DNA of 64,000 nucleotides. Source: Geosiphon pyriformis uo1 (taxonomy: Eukaryota > Fungi > Glomeromycota). The stretch is taken from positions 542,491-606,490 of the forward strand of contig JAAOMT010000543.1 in NCBI GenBank assembly GCA_016748015.1, read 5' to 3'. Below are positions 11,320-24,337 of the stretch, piece after piece. The notes beneath the pieces were generated by a model. That model saw nothing but the letters and a program-made list of their open reading frames with translations, was not told the origin of the DNA and searched no databases. The translations under genes and the position numbers were made by a program. Every line of letters begins with the position of its first letter. Positions within the stretch are counted from its first letter, which is position 1.

Positions 11320-12910
11320 TTAATTCCCAAGTGTACGAATTCTGTCCGTAGCCGTAAAACAACGGATTGGTAATTCTGGGTTCCACTTGATGCTTGCGCT
11401 ACGCAACGAGCTCGTGATTGGGAGATTATTCCATAATGATTTAGCCATTAACGCATGAGTATTTAAACTTTTTTACAGAAGAAATTTTTTTTTATAAGTG
11501 GTACAATACTTTTACAAAAAATTTGCAAATTATGATTCTAATTTCAAACCTTGGATGAAAACAGTCAATGTTACTAACGGCCTCAATCGGAAAAGTTGTT
11601 AAATTGACATCGATAGGTTGATAGACGACAGCAAACGAAGGATCCCGATTATGTTTTTGAGCATATTCCATCGCAATCCTTTCAATTGCACTTTTGTAAA
11701 GGACTGTAACTTTGTCCATTTCTTGACGCTTCTTTTTCCCAATTTGGCCTGAGGTAGGAATTAAAATTTTAGTTAATCATTTGAAAAAACGTTTCAAACA
11801 TAGATCAAAATTAGCGTTTCTTAATTTCAAAAACACCTGGTAAAAAAGCACATGGACACCCAAATTGAACTTGTGGCAAATCTTTAAACCAACGACAATA
11901 CTCTTTACCATGGCTAAACTCATAAACTTGTGACACGTTAAATACGCCCATCAAATTCACGACGGTATTTGGTATATATCTACGAATCGATTCCAATGTT
12001 TTTCGAATATTTTTTTCAAATTCAAGTGGGGCAACGTAGTTTCTTGTGCATATATTACAAATATCGTTTGAGCCCATGAATAGGTTTAAGAACTTGATGA
12101 GAGAAAAAAGTAATTAAATTACCATTTCCCGAGATTTCGAATTCAAATTTTAATAACTTTTTTAAATTTTTACGCTAACCTTGTAATCTTTCCTAGTAGC
12201 ATTATATTTTGCCAACTGGTTCAACAAATATCTCATCTCATGTTCAAGATTTGTAGCCATTGCACCAGATTGAGCAGCATTCAACCTGTCAAAAAATGGC
12301 TTGTATCGATTATCAGGGCAGAAATTGCCTAAAGGGCCAAGGAACAACAATTTCAAAGATTTAAGTCAAACATGCTCATGGAATATTTTAATGTTCATAA
12401 TCGAATTTCTAAAAAATCTCCAATTTACTCACCAGCACAAATTTCAACCAAATGAGACCCGACACTGGCTCCAATCACATCTCGTCGATAAAATTTAATA
12501 AAATTGGCCAATGACTCGGCATTCTTATCACCACCCATCGCAAAGCTAACACCACGGTGCTCTTTTAAATTTTTAATGGTCAGAGGATGGCCATGGTATT
12601 TTCCTTTAGCAAAGAATCCCGCTGTGATACTGTCACCTAAAGCCATTACGTATTTTATATCATCTGGTCGAAGATCGTGAACTGATTTTGCGCCAAAGAA
12701 ACGTGGTGGGAGAGATGGGCACGAGGTTATGTTTGAAACGAAAAGTGGTTTAACTGGTTTCTGATTGAAAATTTTTGGGATTTTATGAGATCGAAATATA
12801 CGGGTTATGGTGTATTTGAAAAAGATTTGTTGAGCAAGAAGGGATGGTAAGAGGAGTAGGATGAAAAGAGTGCAAAATCTGAAAATTAATTGAGATTTTT
12901 GAAAATTCAT
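11320..12910 (-). CDS. Secreted SGNH/GDSL hydrolase, phospholipase B1-like, multi-exon
   Basis: Hydrophobic signal (FCTLFILLLLPSLLA), SVHDLRPDDIKYVMALGDSITAG (GDS nucleophile), LNAAQSGA, FMGSNDIC, IDCFHP (DxxH), and last exon SLWNNL...IRCFTATDRIRTLGN* with stop at 11320-11322. Confidence 0.88.
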
Positions 12911-13393
12911 TTTAACTGCTAAAATTTAGGGCTTTCAGAATGTAGTAAAAAGAATAAATAGAAAAGGTATTTGATCTTAAAGAAACAAAGTGAGTTCTTC
13001 GAGCGAAGTTTGTTCAATTTATGAATAGTTATTAAAACTCCTTAATTTAATCAAGCTTAAGCAGATTTTTTTAGAAAAATCCCCCAAGTTTTCGTGATCA
13101 AAATTTAATCAATTCTAAAAAGAAAAAAATTGAACGCGTGTGAAACTCATCAGTTTCATCAAAACACAGTTTGACTTTTTTAAGACAAACGAAGATTTAA
13201 GATATTGTTTTTATATTTAAAAAAAAAAAATTTCAATTATTTCACTTAAAAAGATAAGTCTAATTAGAAGTTCATGATAAAGGTAAAACTTTATTTAAAA
13301 ATCTTGACATCATTGGCGTATCTAATATCAGTAATCACTATTATGGATCTTATGCCTATAATCCTCGAAAAGCCTTTTATGAGCTAAAACCGT

Positions 13394-14328
13394 TTATCGG
13401 ATCTCAATCCCAAAAACTCTTTTAGCAAACTTTGGAATATCCTCATTAAATTCCTTAGGAGCTTCCCACCACAATAAATGGGCCCACATTTTTATAGATT
13501 TTCAATGTGGCATAAGTTTGGTTGACTGAGAATGAAAATGGTCTAATTTCCGGTTTAGCTAACTGCGGTTGCGATAAAAATTGGGATTTTTTAAATTTCA
13601 AAAGGTTTCGATTTAGTTGTAGTTTGCGTTTCCGAGTCCTGGAAAGGAGCAATAATACAAGAGAAAATTGAATTTTTGATTTTTGAGTTATACTTTAAGA
13701 AACTTTAAAATCTTCGTAACTTACTAGCAATAGCAAATCTTAAAGCAGGAGTCGTCAGAGCGGGACCACCAAATAAAAATAATTTTAAACGTTCATTTCA
13801 TGATTTAGCTGTAAAAAAATTAATATACTCTTTCAACCCTTTAACAACTTCGGTATAATCCTATGAAACCGTTCGAGCCATAACGGGTCGAATTTTTGAA
13901 GCAGAGGATAACCATTTATTTAATGGCGCGGCTATTGGTATTAAAACCCTTGTCCAAACCTTTCTAAATATGTTAAACTCAATATACCTCCCGCCGACCA
14001 ACCAGCCAACATGACTTTTTTTATTAGGGGACCCTTCAGTAACAGCGGCAATAACCGCGTTTAAATCATCAGTCAGAATTGAGAGGAGTTGTAACTCGTT
14101 AAATTTTTTGATTTATTACTATCAAAAGTTCCCCGCCAGTCCCCAGGGGACTTGATGAAAGTTTTTGGTGAGAATCGGAGAAAGAAATTGTGTTTGGAAT
14201 AAATAAAGAGTTTGTGAAATTCCGTGAGTCCAGATTATAGTTGGTTTAAAGTGGGTACCAAGTTCTTCTACGTAGATACGAACACCATCACTACTTTGTG
14301 TTAAGAGACTGTTGACTAATGGAGACAT
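13394..14328 (-). pseudogene. Alpha/beta-hydrolase pseudogene (non-heme haloperoxidase-like fold)
   Basis: SSDGVRIYVEELG..KPTIIWTHG, then DDLNAVIAA, a degenerate nucleophile elbow VGWLVGG, and a frameshifted C-terminal VG/HLLWWEAPKEFNEDI. Several frameshifts and stops. Confidence 0.7.
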
Positions 14329-15159
14329 GGATAAAATTGTTGGTCGATTTATCAATCATTTTGAAAATCAAAGTTTTCCAATGCTCGAGATTTTATGAAG
14401 ATTCCGAGTAAAATTAGAAGTTTAAATAAATAGAATTTCATATTGAGAAATTTTTCATTTAAAAAGAAGTATCTTTTTTTTTATACTATAATGCATATTT
14501 AAAAGAATTTGAAATCGAAAATTTGATTCCCCAGGCCAAAAAAAAACGATTGAACACGAAAATCGCAAATTTAAATAAATTCATCATATTACCTGATAAA
14601 ATTTTAAAAAATAAGTTCGCTCAAGATATCTTATATGATTTTATTGCATGTTTAAATACAAATTATTCAGAAGACGTTTATTGTAACCATATCGAAATGA
14701 ATATTCATGAATAAGTAGAGCAAATATCATATTTCGTTACTATGTAAATTATTTAACGGTTATAAGATAAATAAATAAATAAATAAATGAATAAATCACA
14801 GACCTGAAAGCCTGGTGGTTTATATTGATTGATATATCTACGAAATGAATTTAGACGAAAGATTTAATTAATTTATTTTTATTATAAATTTTAATAAATT
14901 TTCTCGGGTGATACAATGACTTTTGTAAAATTAAAAATTTAGTTACTAAAAATGAAATCAAGACTTAGTATACTCTTCCAATCCCAATCTTTGACTTTAA
15001 ATTGGACAATTTTATTCAATTAGAATTTATTATAATTTGGAATATATGGAATAAAAAAAAATATTGGAATAATTTTAAAATGGCTTTCTCTAATGCTCAA
15101 AAGTAAATTCAAGATTTCTTATTCGTCTATTGCCTCAGATTTTGAAATTATAAATCCAT

Positions 15160-15418
15160 TTAGCAAGGCGCATTCGATGAACCACAGAAGCCACCATTAG
15201 TATTATATTTAATATCGCCACCATAGACCACTGGCTTACGGATAATCGGAGGGCTTTGGTATCGTTCGTAGGGGTCAGGAGAGACAATCGGAGGGCTTTG
15301 GTATCGCTCGTAGGGGTTTTTGGGATGTTCATGGGCAAAAAATGGAATTGCCATAGAGAAGGTAATGAGTAAGGTAATGGATAGGATCAGGAGAGAAATT
15401 TTTTTTTTGGATAGCCAT
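15160..15418 (-). CDS. Small secreted protein with two PYERYQSPPI repeats and a C-terminal Cys pair; apparent 1-nt frameshift in an A10 run after the ATG
   Basis: The ATG at 15418 (MAIQKK) joins the ISLLILSITLLITFSMA signal-peptide frame if the homopolymer at 15399-15408 is A9 instead of A10. There is a 42-nt-period internal repeat and a TATAAA about 115 nt upstream. Confidence 0.65.
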
Positions 15419-16689
15419 GGAATTAAGTTTTTATTGAGGTTTGAATGCGATTTCAAATTCGATTTTAGTTTCTTGTCTCGATTTTTTCAATTTTGATGTT
15501 TAACCAGAACTTCCAGCGACCAATTTCATGTATTTATATTCTTTAACCAAAAGAATTTAAATAATGAATGGGTTCAATTAAAAGAAAATTTCTTTGACAG
15601 AAAACTAGCTTACTTAAAGCCCCGAACCGGTTTCGTGATATCATTTATTGCGGCTGAGTCAATTATTATATTGCTTCTAGGTCAATTATCGTTGATTAAT
15701 TGTACGGTGGTGACTATTTTTATCATCTTTTATGATCATACAGGTCATGCATGGGCTTTGCCTTATACAGAATTTTTTTCATATGCTTGTATATTGAATA
15801 AACAAAAAATTTGAATAATCATAAAAATATCAATTTTGCCTTGCTAGAAAAATCTAATAAAAGAGATCAGGATATCTTTTTGATTAAAAATAAAAAAAGA
15901 AACAAATAAATAAGTTATATTAATAAAACATTGTAATAATAATTTCTATAATTTCATCTACACAAAGATTCCAATTTAATTAAAATATGAAAATTTTAAA
16001 GGTTTAGCTTGTTAATTCAACATTCCATTTAAATTTCGCTAATTCGATCTAATAAAAAGTCATGTATTTCTCATAAAAATCTGGAAATCATTTGTTTTTT
16101 CTTTCAAATATAAAGTCATGTTACTAAAATCAAATGCTGACAGAAGAGTAAATATTCTATTCTTTAATTAACTTTTATGCTCATGTATTTCAAACTCAAT
16201 CAATCAATCAATCATTAATGCTTATTATGTCTTTATTTATTGGTTTGAAATCTCCATAGGAATTTTCTAATTTCAAAAAATTCTTCACTAAAGTTTGAAC
16301 CTTGTGAAAAACTTGAATCTAAAATGGTTTCGAAATAAGAAACTGCTTTTATTTACTAATAAGTAGTGCCTAGTCTGTATTAAATTTACGTTTTAAACAT
16401 GGAGTGACTTTTAAGTAAAACTTTTCAGTAGATTAGAATAATTCAAAATTTAAGGCGTTATATTTGATTTTTATATATAAAAATGCTAATAATCATCTTT
16501 AGCATTGAAAATATCAATGATTGATAATTATTTATATCTGTCAATCTAATACAAAAATATTAAAAGTTGATATTTAAACGAATATTTACAACAATGATTA
16601 TAATGAAATGGTTAATATAATTAAATATTTTATTTAATAGCTTATATTTTATAAATTTATTAATTTAATAATATTTTTTTTACCATTAA

Positions 16690-17250
16690 CTCTCATTTCT
16701 TCAAGTAAATTAATTAAAACACTTTTTGAAATAGTACCTAATAAGTTGAATAATTTTTTTCTATATTTCTTTTGATTATCCCCCAAATATTCTCAAAAGG
16801 ATTTTTTTTATGGCCAGTCCTAATGAATTCTTGAGTAAGACGATTTCTATGGTTAGGGTCATTATCTTGTTAATGTCGCCATCTTTTTTCGATTAAATGC
16901 GCAAATCTCGTTATCCCTGTGAAACAAACAAAGATTACTCTTCTCTATTTTAAGAAAGCGGTCCAAAGAGCTGAAATGTCGTTTCATCAATAAATAAAAT
17001 CTTATTCCATGATTGTTACTTAAGATTGGACGTTTTTTTTTGATATGCTTCAAGGACCAATGGGTTCGAAATCGTCGAACACGAGACTGCTGTCAAGTTT
17101 TGTTTTGTCACATCCGTGGCTGGTTTTTTCCAGTTTGACCAGATTGCGCATTGAAATCTTTGTGGCAATGTATATTTCTCTTGCCCTTTTTCCAGCAATA
17201 GTGCTTTGCGTTGTTTTTAAATATGCGATTTGGCCATTGTGCGAGTGTTT
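16690..17250 (-). mobile_element. Degenerate Tc1/IS630-family DDE transposase relic
   Basis: Fragments in order: WNKILFIDETTFQLF, QDNDPNHRNRLTQEF, NPFENIWGIIKRNIEK. These are the D, D and E motifs of Tc1 transposases, interrupted by frameshifts and a deletion. Confidence 0.8.
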
Positions 17251-17794
17251 TCAATTGAAGAATAAAAATTTAGTATTCAGAGGAAAAAATAAAAAATCTC
17301 ATACACCAGTTCAACAGGCTGTACGAGATTTTTAGTTGTGAACAAGGTGTTTACAGTTTATCTATTAAGAAATTAATGCTAATATTTATTAAAATAAATT
17401 TGAACAACAACTCAATCAATAATTTCAACGAGTTGTTAAATTACAATTTTTGCATTCAAAATAAAAAGTCAATTTCCACAAGCCAGATTGTTTTCGTTTA
17501 AAGGTTGAATATATATTACGTTACTAATCAAATTGGGGTTTTTAGTGTACAAAAAATCGAATAATTATCCATAGGCAGTGAGGCAATACTCAATTATTAA
17601 AGGGTGACACATAATCATTTTGAATAAAGAATTTATGATTTGAATCAGAAGAAACTTCGAAAATATTGTTTATTTTCCATTAGAGGATTAAATTAATAGA
17701 TATCATTGATCATAAACTTTAAATTTTTTAAGTCATAATTCGCAGCGACTAGTATATATAAAATAGGAAAGTTATGTAATGATGAGACTATTAC

Positions 17795-19420
17795 TTAATA
17801 TTCATTAACTTTCATCGTATGTTCACCAGCAAGTTTTGTTGCTTTGCCTTCAGCTTCTAATTGCTCGTTACCCTAGTTTAACAAATAAAATGATTACCAC
17901 CTTAACAATCTCTCTCAATAAGACTCGGATAAATAAAATTTTCTACTTACCACAAGGTGTCCAATTTTTTCTTTAACAACGCCAGTAATTTTATTACCAG
18001 CTCCAGCGATATACTCTGAATCTTTGGCAGCTTCAACTTCTACATTTCCAGCTTTGCTTTGTTGCGCTCCTTTTGCTTGTAAAGATTCAATACCGACAGC
18101 TGAGCCAACAATTTCTTTGACAGAGCCAATAGCAGAATTATAATTCCCACTATATTTTGATGGGTCGGATGGTGGAATATATGTGGATGAAGGTTCAGTA
18201 GTGGTGTTCGTTGTTGTTGTATTTTGGGCACTCAGCTCAGCTTGAGCTTGTTGTTTTTGTGTGGCACCTTCTTCTTGAAGTTTTACATTCCCAGTGAGTT
18301 TGCCAGCTAAATAAATTATAAATCAGTAAGTAGTAGAAAATTTAAAAATTTAAAAATTTAAATAAATACCCGTCTCTTTAGCAGCTCCAGTATAATAGGC
18401 AGCATTAGCAGAGACAGTGGATGGTTCTTGTTGTTGATTCGTCGATGGCTCTTGTTGGTTGGTGGTATTCAGCTCAGCTTGAGCTTGTTGTTTTTCTGCG
18501 GTACCTTCTTCTTGAAGTTTTACATTCCCAGTGAGTTTTCCAGCTAAATAAATTATAAAATCAGTAAGTAGTAGAAAATTTAAAAATTTAGAAATTTAAA
18601 TAAATACCCGTCTCTTTAGCAGCTCCAGTATAATAGGCAGCATTAGCAGAGACAGTGGATGGTTCTTGTTGTTGATTCGTCGATGGCTCTTGTTGGTTGG
18701 TGGTATTCAGCTCAGCTTGAGCTTGTTGTTTTTCTGCGGTACCTTCTTCTTGAAGTTTTACATTCCCAGTGAGTTTTCCAGCTAAATAAATTATAAAATC
18801 AGTAAGTAGTAGAAAATTTAAAAATTTAGAAATTTAAATAAATACCCGTCTCTTTAGCAGCTCCAGTATAATAGGCAGCATTAGCAGAGACAGTGGATGG
18901 TTCTTGTTGTTGATTCGTTGATGGTTCTTGTTGTAATGTGGATGACTCTTGTTTGGTGGTGGATGGGTTGATGGCATTCAAATCAGCTTGAGCTTGTTGT
19001 TTTTGTGCAGCGCCGTCTTCTTGAAGCTTTACGTTTCCAGTGAGTTGGCCAACTGGTAAATTGAATAATTGAATTAGGGAGAGTTTTGGAAATTTAAAGA
19101 ATTTTTGAATAAATACCCGTCTCTTTAGCAGCGCCAGCATAATAGGCAACGTTAGCAGCGATAGTGGATGGTTGTTGTTGATTTGTGGATTGTTCTTGCT
19201 GATTTGTGGATTGTTCTTGCTGATTTGTGGATGGTTCTTGCTGATTTGTGGATGGATGTTCGTGAGTGGTGGATGGTTCTTGCTGATGTTTATGGGTAGA
19301 TAATTCTTGCTGATGTGTGGATGGATGTTCATGAGTGATGGATAGTTCCTGCTGGAACGTAGATGGTTTCTGTTGGAAGGCGGATGGTTCTTGTTGAGTT
19401 ATGATTTGTTCTTGAGACAT
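17795..19420 (-). CDS. CsbD-like / LEA-like hydrophilic stress protein with QQEPST repeats, 6 exons
   Basis: The spliced frame is open: MSQEQ..(QQEPSTN)n..AANVAYYAGAAKET-VGQLTGNVKLQEDGAAQKQQAQA (module present 4 times) ...DPSKYSGNYNSAIGSVKEIVGSAVG...GVVKEKIGHLV-GNEQLEAEGKA..VNEY*. The GxxKExxGxxxGNxxLxxEG motif is typical of CsbD. Confidence 0.8.
18230..18930. repeat. Near-identical 237-238-bp tandem repeat (exon + intron unit), about 3 copies
   Basis: cagctaaataaattataaa recurs at 18304, 18541 and 18779; the intron sequence is also nearly identical between copies. Confidence 0.95.
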
Positions 19421-20316
19421 CTTTTAAATTGAAATGAAATTGATAGATTTATTTTTACTTTTGACGATGTTTAGTTGTTAACTTTTTTCCTGCTATTTAG
19501 ATCCATGAGTCCTTTTTATAAAAATTTCACCAAATCTTTGACCTGTCATTTTAACGTCATTCTGATAATTTTTATCTAGCTTATGAATGATGTCAGATTT
19601 ATGTCATCTTTTAGTTGAAATGATCACCGAATTGCGTCATTGATCCCTGATTTGTAAATAGTGTGATAATGATTTCATTGAATGATTCATCGTGTTCTCT
19701 ACTAATTTTGGAAAGGTTTAATAGATGCTGCTGATCTATATGCTATCATATCTTTAATGGCACCCAAGATAGATGTTTTTTTTCGAAGAAGTAACCTGAA
19801 AACATGATATTAATTCCATTGCGTCAAAATAGTCATAATGGTTTTTAATCAATTATCCTAATCCATTTAACTCAACTTCAAAAAGGAACAGAATGTTGAC
19901 TAATTTTGTGAGGCATGGTTGGTTTCACATGTCTAAGTCTGAACATTACAAAAAATCATATTTTGCCAAAGTAAATAAACTGATCAAAAGTAATGTGTTA
20001 GACTAATTTATTTTAGGAGACGCGTGAATCATATATCTTGAGAAATCGTGACATTGTACCATTCTGAGATCAAGGAAGCTTGGGAAGGCAGTAAATTTTG
20101 AATTGTCCCAGACATCTAGAACTTTAAAAATTTTGTTATGTAAAAGAATGAATATAGTTGCAGAGGACAAAACACGGGATTTTATTAATAGAAGGATATT
20201 TTTGTAAGATAACATTTAAGTGAAAAATAAGAGGAAAAAAATTTGATCTAAAATCTTGGTTTTGAAAATTAGCGCAGCAGATACTCGTTCCCAAAACTCA
20301 CCTTTTCAGTTTTAAA

Positions 20317-20357
<41 letters not shown>

Positions 20358-20509
20358 CCTAATTATTAACAGGCAAAAGTTAACATATAAACTTTTTTCA
20401 TTTTTTACCCAATCCAAACCAAATCAAATAAAAGCCCATGTAATAGATTTTATTTCTACTATTTTCAAAGCAGAATTAATTTGCAGCTTTGTACATAATT
20501 CATATTAGA

Positions 20510-21269
20510 AATGAATCTGTCGGTCAAGGAACGTAGCAAGCAAAAGCTAATCTACTTATGGAGTGATTATATCAAAAAAAAAAAAAAGTAAATCCACTAA
20601 GCGCTACCTATCTCAACTGTACGATACAATATCAAAAATTTGGAAAATTGAGCACAAAATCAGGTTAAAAAAAGAAATGCAAGTTATTAAGCAATTAAAT
20701 TAGGGGGTAATGGTCGTCACAAGAATATTACGAGACATTTATCGAGAAAAGTAGGTCAATATTTTTCGTCTCTGCAAAAGATTGCTACTAAACTAGATAC
20801 AGAGGGAGTAGACATTTCATAGCAGACATTTAAAATCACTTGGATATATGAAAAACCTATCAATTACTATACACCAATGCTGACGAAAGTCAAAAGAGAA
20901 ACATGTTAAATGGGTCAAATTTAACCTTAATGATAATTGGAAAAAACCCTTATTTTCTGATGAATAACTCTTTTAAAAAGATAAAAATCTCAAAAGCATA
21001 CAAGTCGAGTAATTAAGGCGTTTCTTGAGGAAAATATGCCCAAAGATATTGACTGGCGTCATGTAGTCTGGATCTAAATCATATTGAAAATTTGTGGGCA
21101 ATCGTTAAATGTGAAGTAGAAAAACAAATGTCGTAAATACAGATGATTTTGAACCAAATAATGGTAGAAGAAGAATGAAATGCATTGCCAAAAACCTTTA
21201 TAGTAAATTCAATGTTCGCGGCGTTACGAGTTGATTATCGAGAATAAAGGCGAAAAAATTACATATTAA
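20510..21269 (+). mobile_element. Degenerate Tc1/IS630-family DDE transposase relic
   Basis: LPISTVRYNIK (HTH-like), TPMLTK..KHVKWVKFNLNDNWKKTLFSDE, HTSRVIKAFLEENMPKDIDW..SLDLNHIENLWAIVKCEVEK, ELIIENKGEKITY*. Frameshifts and an internal deletion. Confidence 0.85.
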
Positions 21270-21540
21270 ATTTTCATATCAATAGCATCTGTTACTTTTT
21301 GACCTTTCTAAAAATGTATTGAACATATGATTCCGTAAAGTTGATTTTTTTTTGTCACGCACACAATTTCGGGATACAATCAGCAGCATTTTTTTTTTGA
21401 TGATTTGACATAGATCGAAAGGATTAGTGTGAAATACAACTAATTTTTAAATTTAAATTTTCTCCAGAATAATTTTTTGTATTTCAATGTATCAAAGGTA
21501 GATTGCTATGTTAACATCTACTATTTAAGTTACATGAAAC

Positions 21541-21541
<1 letters not shown>

Positions 21542-21628
<87 letters not shown>
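21542..21628. repeat. (TTA)n microsatellite; similar tracts at ~20320, 23753, 23958, 24825, 26168 and 27247
   Basis: Read directly. Confidence 0.95.
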
Positions 21629-21899
21629 GTCTATCTTACACAATTCCGCCTCCTTTATAATGATTCAGGTGTTGATTTTATCTTTAATCAAATAATCATA
21701 ATTAAAAATTGGGTGAAAATAACCGTCTCTATAGATCCTTTTTTAAACTAAAGTATTCAAATTTGGAGGAAAAGGGTGATTGAAATGGGATTTTTTCGGT
21801 TTTAAATTTTCAAATAATTGTAATTCAAGACAAAAAGTTACGACCCTTAATACAAAATATGGTTGCAATCCAGTTGCGTTATATTTAACTTCTACTGAA

Positions 21900-22514
21900 T
21901 TACTTTAGCTCGGCTAATTCTTGCCTTTTCTTAAAAATATCTCGCTCTTTATTCAAAATATCTCGCTCTTTATTCAAAATATCTTGCTTTTTATTCAAAA
22001 TATCTTGCTCCATATTCAAAATAGCCTTTTGTAAGTTTAATGAACGTTCAAAGAAAATTGGATTAAGATTTTGTTGCGAATTTAAGAATTGGTTAAATTG
22101 GTTTAATTGGGGAATATGGTTTTGGAAAAGGTTAGCTTGGTTGTCTGGTGCCAAATAGTCAAAATTACTATTGTGATTATTGTTCTGAATGATCCATTCT
22201 TGGGACACTTTTGATGGTGGGGTTTGGGAGGGATAACTCATAATTCCTAAATTTGGACTTGGTTGAATTTGATTTGAGTTAGAAGGTGGTTGGTTGAAAT
22301 CTTGTTGTTGATCTGAATAAATATCCAATCCGGACGGATGATATTGAGCTTGGTTAAATGAGGAAGTCCCATTACAACCTACGTGAGGAATTTTTTGATT
22401 ATCAGAATAAATAATTGTATGATGAATAGTAATAGATTCATTATTTTCGAGAGAAAGATTTTGTTGGTTGCGGACGCAATGGTTTTGATGATTGCTAGAA
22501 GGTTGCTGACTCAT
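21900..22514 (-). CDS. Hypothetical Q/N-rich protein with C-terminal heptad repeats (coiled coil)
   Basis: 204-aa ATG-initiated ORF in AT-rich DNA. A 21-nt tandem repeat encodes DILNKKQ/DILNKER/DILNKER/DIFKKRQ. No recognisable domain. Confidence 0.6.
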   Translation of the reverse strand: MSQQPSSNHQNHCVRNQQNLSLENNESITIHHTIIYSDNQKIPHVGCNGTSSFNQAQYHPSGLDIYSDQQQDFNQPPSNSNQIQPSPNLGIMSYPSQTPPSKVSQEWIIQNNNHNSNFDYLAPDNQANLFQNHIPQLNQFNQFLNSQQNLNPIFFERSLNLQKAILNMEQDILNKKQDILNKERDILNKERDIFKKRQELAELK

Positions 22515-23751
22515 TGTTATATTTGAAGATAATTACTAGGATTATAAAATTTTCTAGGGTATTTATACAAGTTTTTTTGTGTGATGTTGATTTTTTATAT
22601 AGGAAAACAACTCTATAATTATTTTTTATAAATTTCTTATTTTAAATTATTATTAATAATAATTTTATAACAAAATGAAGAAAAACCGATGAAAATGTAA
22701 GCATTGATATTTTTTCAAATCTAGCACAAAATAAAATAGATCATGAATCAGTTTAGTTACACTTGACCCCACATTGGAAGAAAAAATTTTTAGATACTCT
22801 TGTCAAAGAATCAAAGGAAGCATTGAACCATTCTAAGCTTTAATGATAACAGTTAATAATCTGAGACTTTTTTTTTATATCAGCATTGCGTTGTGCAACT
22901 AATTTTATTTCAAAGAAAAAAATGGCGTTTTCAATACAAAAATTAAAGTTGAAGATTAAAGTTTGGTTATTAATAATATTTTTTATTGGTTGGTTTTACT
23001 TTCTGCAACTCAAGTAGAAAATTATTAAAAATTTACCGGATTCTCAAGCTCATATCCGTGAGGTAATACATCGGTTCTTTAATTATTTCCCACACACTCA
23101 CAATCCTTTTCATTTGATATCCAAATTTCTCTTTGTGAATGCAAGCAGGATTCAATACTTTAATCACCTTTAACCATTAACAATATTTATTTATTTATTT
23201 ATAGAATAGCAAATCGATATCGCATGTATAAAAATGGCAATAATAAATAATAAATTGACACCCAATAACATCATTGCTTTTTTTTATTTATATAATTATA
23301 ATATTTAAATTACGAATGTGAAAAAAAGAGTTTTTATTGCGGGTGATTAAAAATTTTTTTTTTTACTAAATCGAGCTAGATCGCTTTGTGAGTGTTATTA
23401 TCAACGTTCCCAGATTAATAGAAATGATGCTCAAATTATTTGGTGATTCCCAAGACAAAAAGTAGGAAATTTTTTCAATTTAAATATATATATTATCTAT
23501 TATGATAAAAATTTAATTTTAGATAATGTTATCAAAATCTTTTACTCTGAACTTTAAACCTTGAAAAAAGGAATTATTTTAAAGTATAGTAATTCTCTTA
23601 AATTTCAAACCTTATTTCAACTCGATATCAGTCGAAGGTAAATTAATTATAGAAGAATTATGAAAATTATTTATAAAATCTAATTCTTTAACGAGAAGTC
23701 ACTTAAGACAAATTAATTAATGATAATTTTATTATTAGCTTTAGCCCTATA

Positions 23752-23805
<54 letters not shown>

Positions 23806-23957
23806 CATAATGAAATTAATTATGTTTATATTTCATTCAAGATTTTTCTTTGGGTAAGTTATTACTTATACCTCTAACTCAAAATGGTGGTCAGATATTT
23901 TTAATGTGAAATAGGAATAAAAGTTTAAATCGATAAAAAAGAATAAAATTAAGTAAA

Positions 23958-24006
<49 letters not shown>

Positions 24007-24337
24007 GGCAAACAAAAATATCGAAAAATTTATAATATTAAAATAATGTCATTGTTTTTTTATCCATTGAATTACCCCGTTTAAATTTTTAGTTTCATTT
24101 CTAGTCTTATTATGCAAGTGACAGGTTATTTAATGAAATGCATTTTTTTTCATGTTTCAGTGAAACCTATTTAGTATGACAATAGTTTGACGAATAAATT
24201 AATTTTTTAAGTATGTGTGAACACAGAGAAATAACATTAAATACTAACTCATGGGTTTAAAAAATTTACTTTTTAAAAATATCCTATTCGAATAATAATA
24301 ATAATTACCTATTCAATTTTATTCACAAAAGTTAACC

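Noticed and set aside
21477-21695. Poly-Leu, poly-Asn and poly-Tyr ORFs (also 9386-9604, 27053-27334, and the tail of 24338-24883)
   Set aside because: Artefacts of reading through (AAT/TTA)n microsatellites, two of them inside introns.
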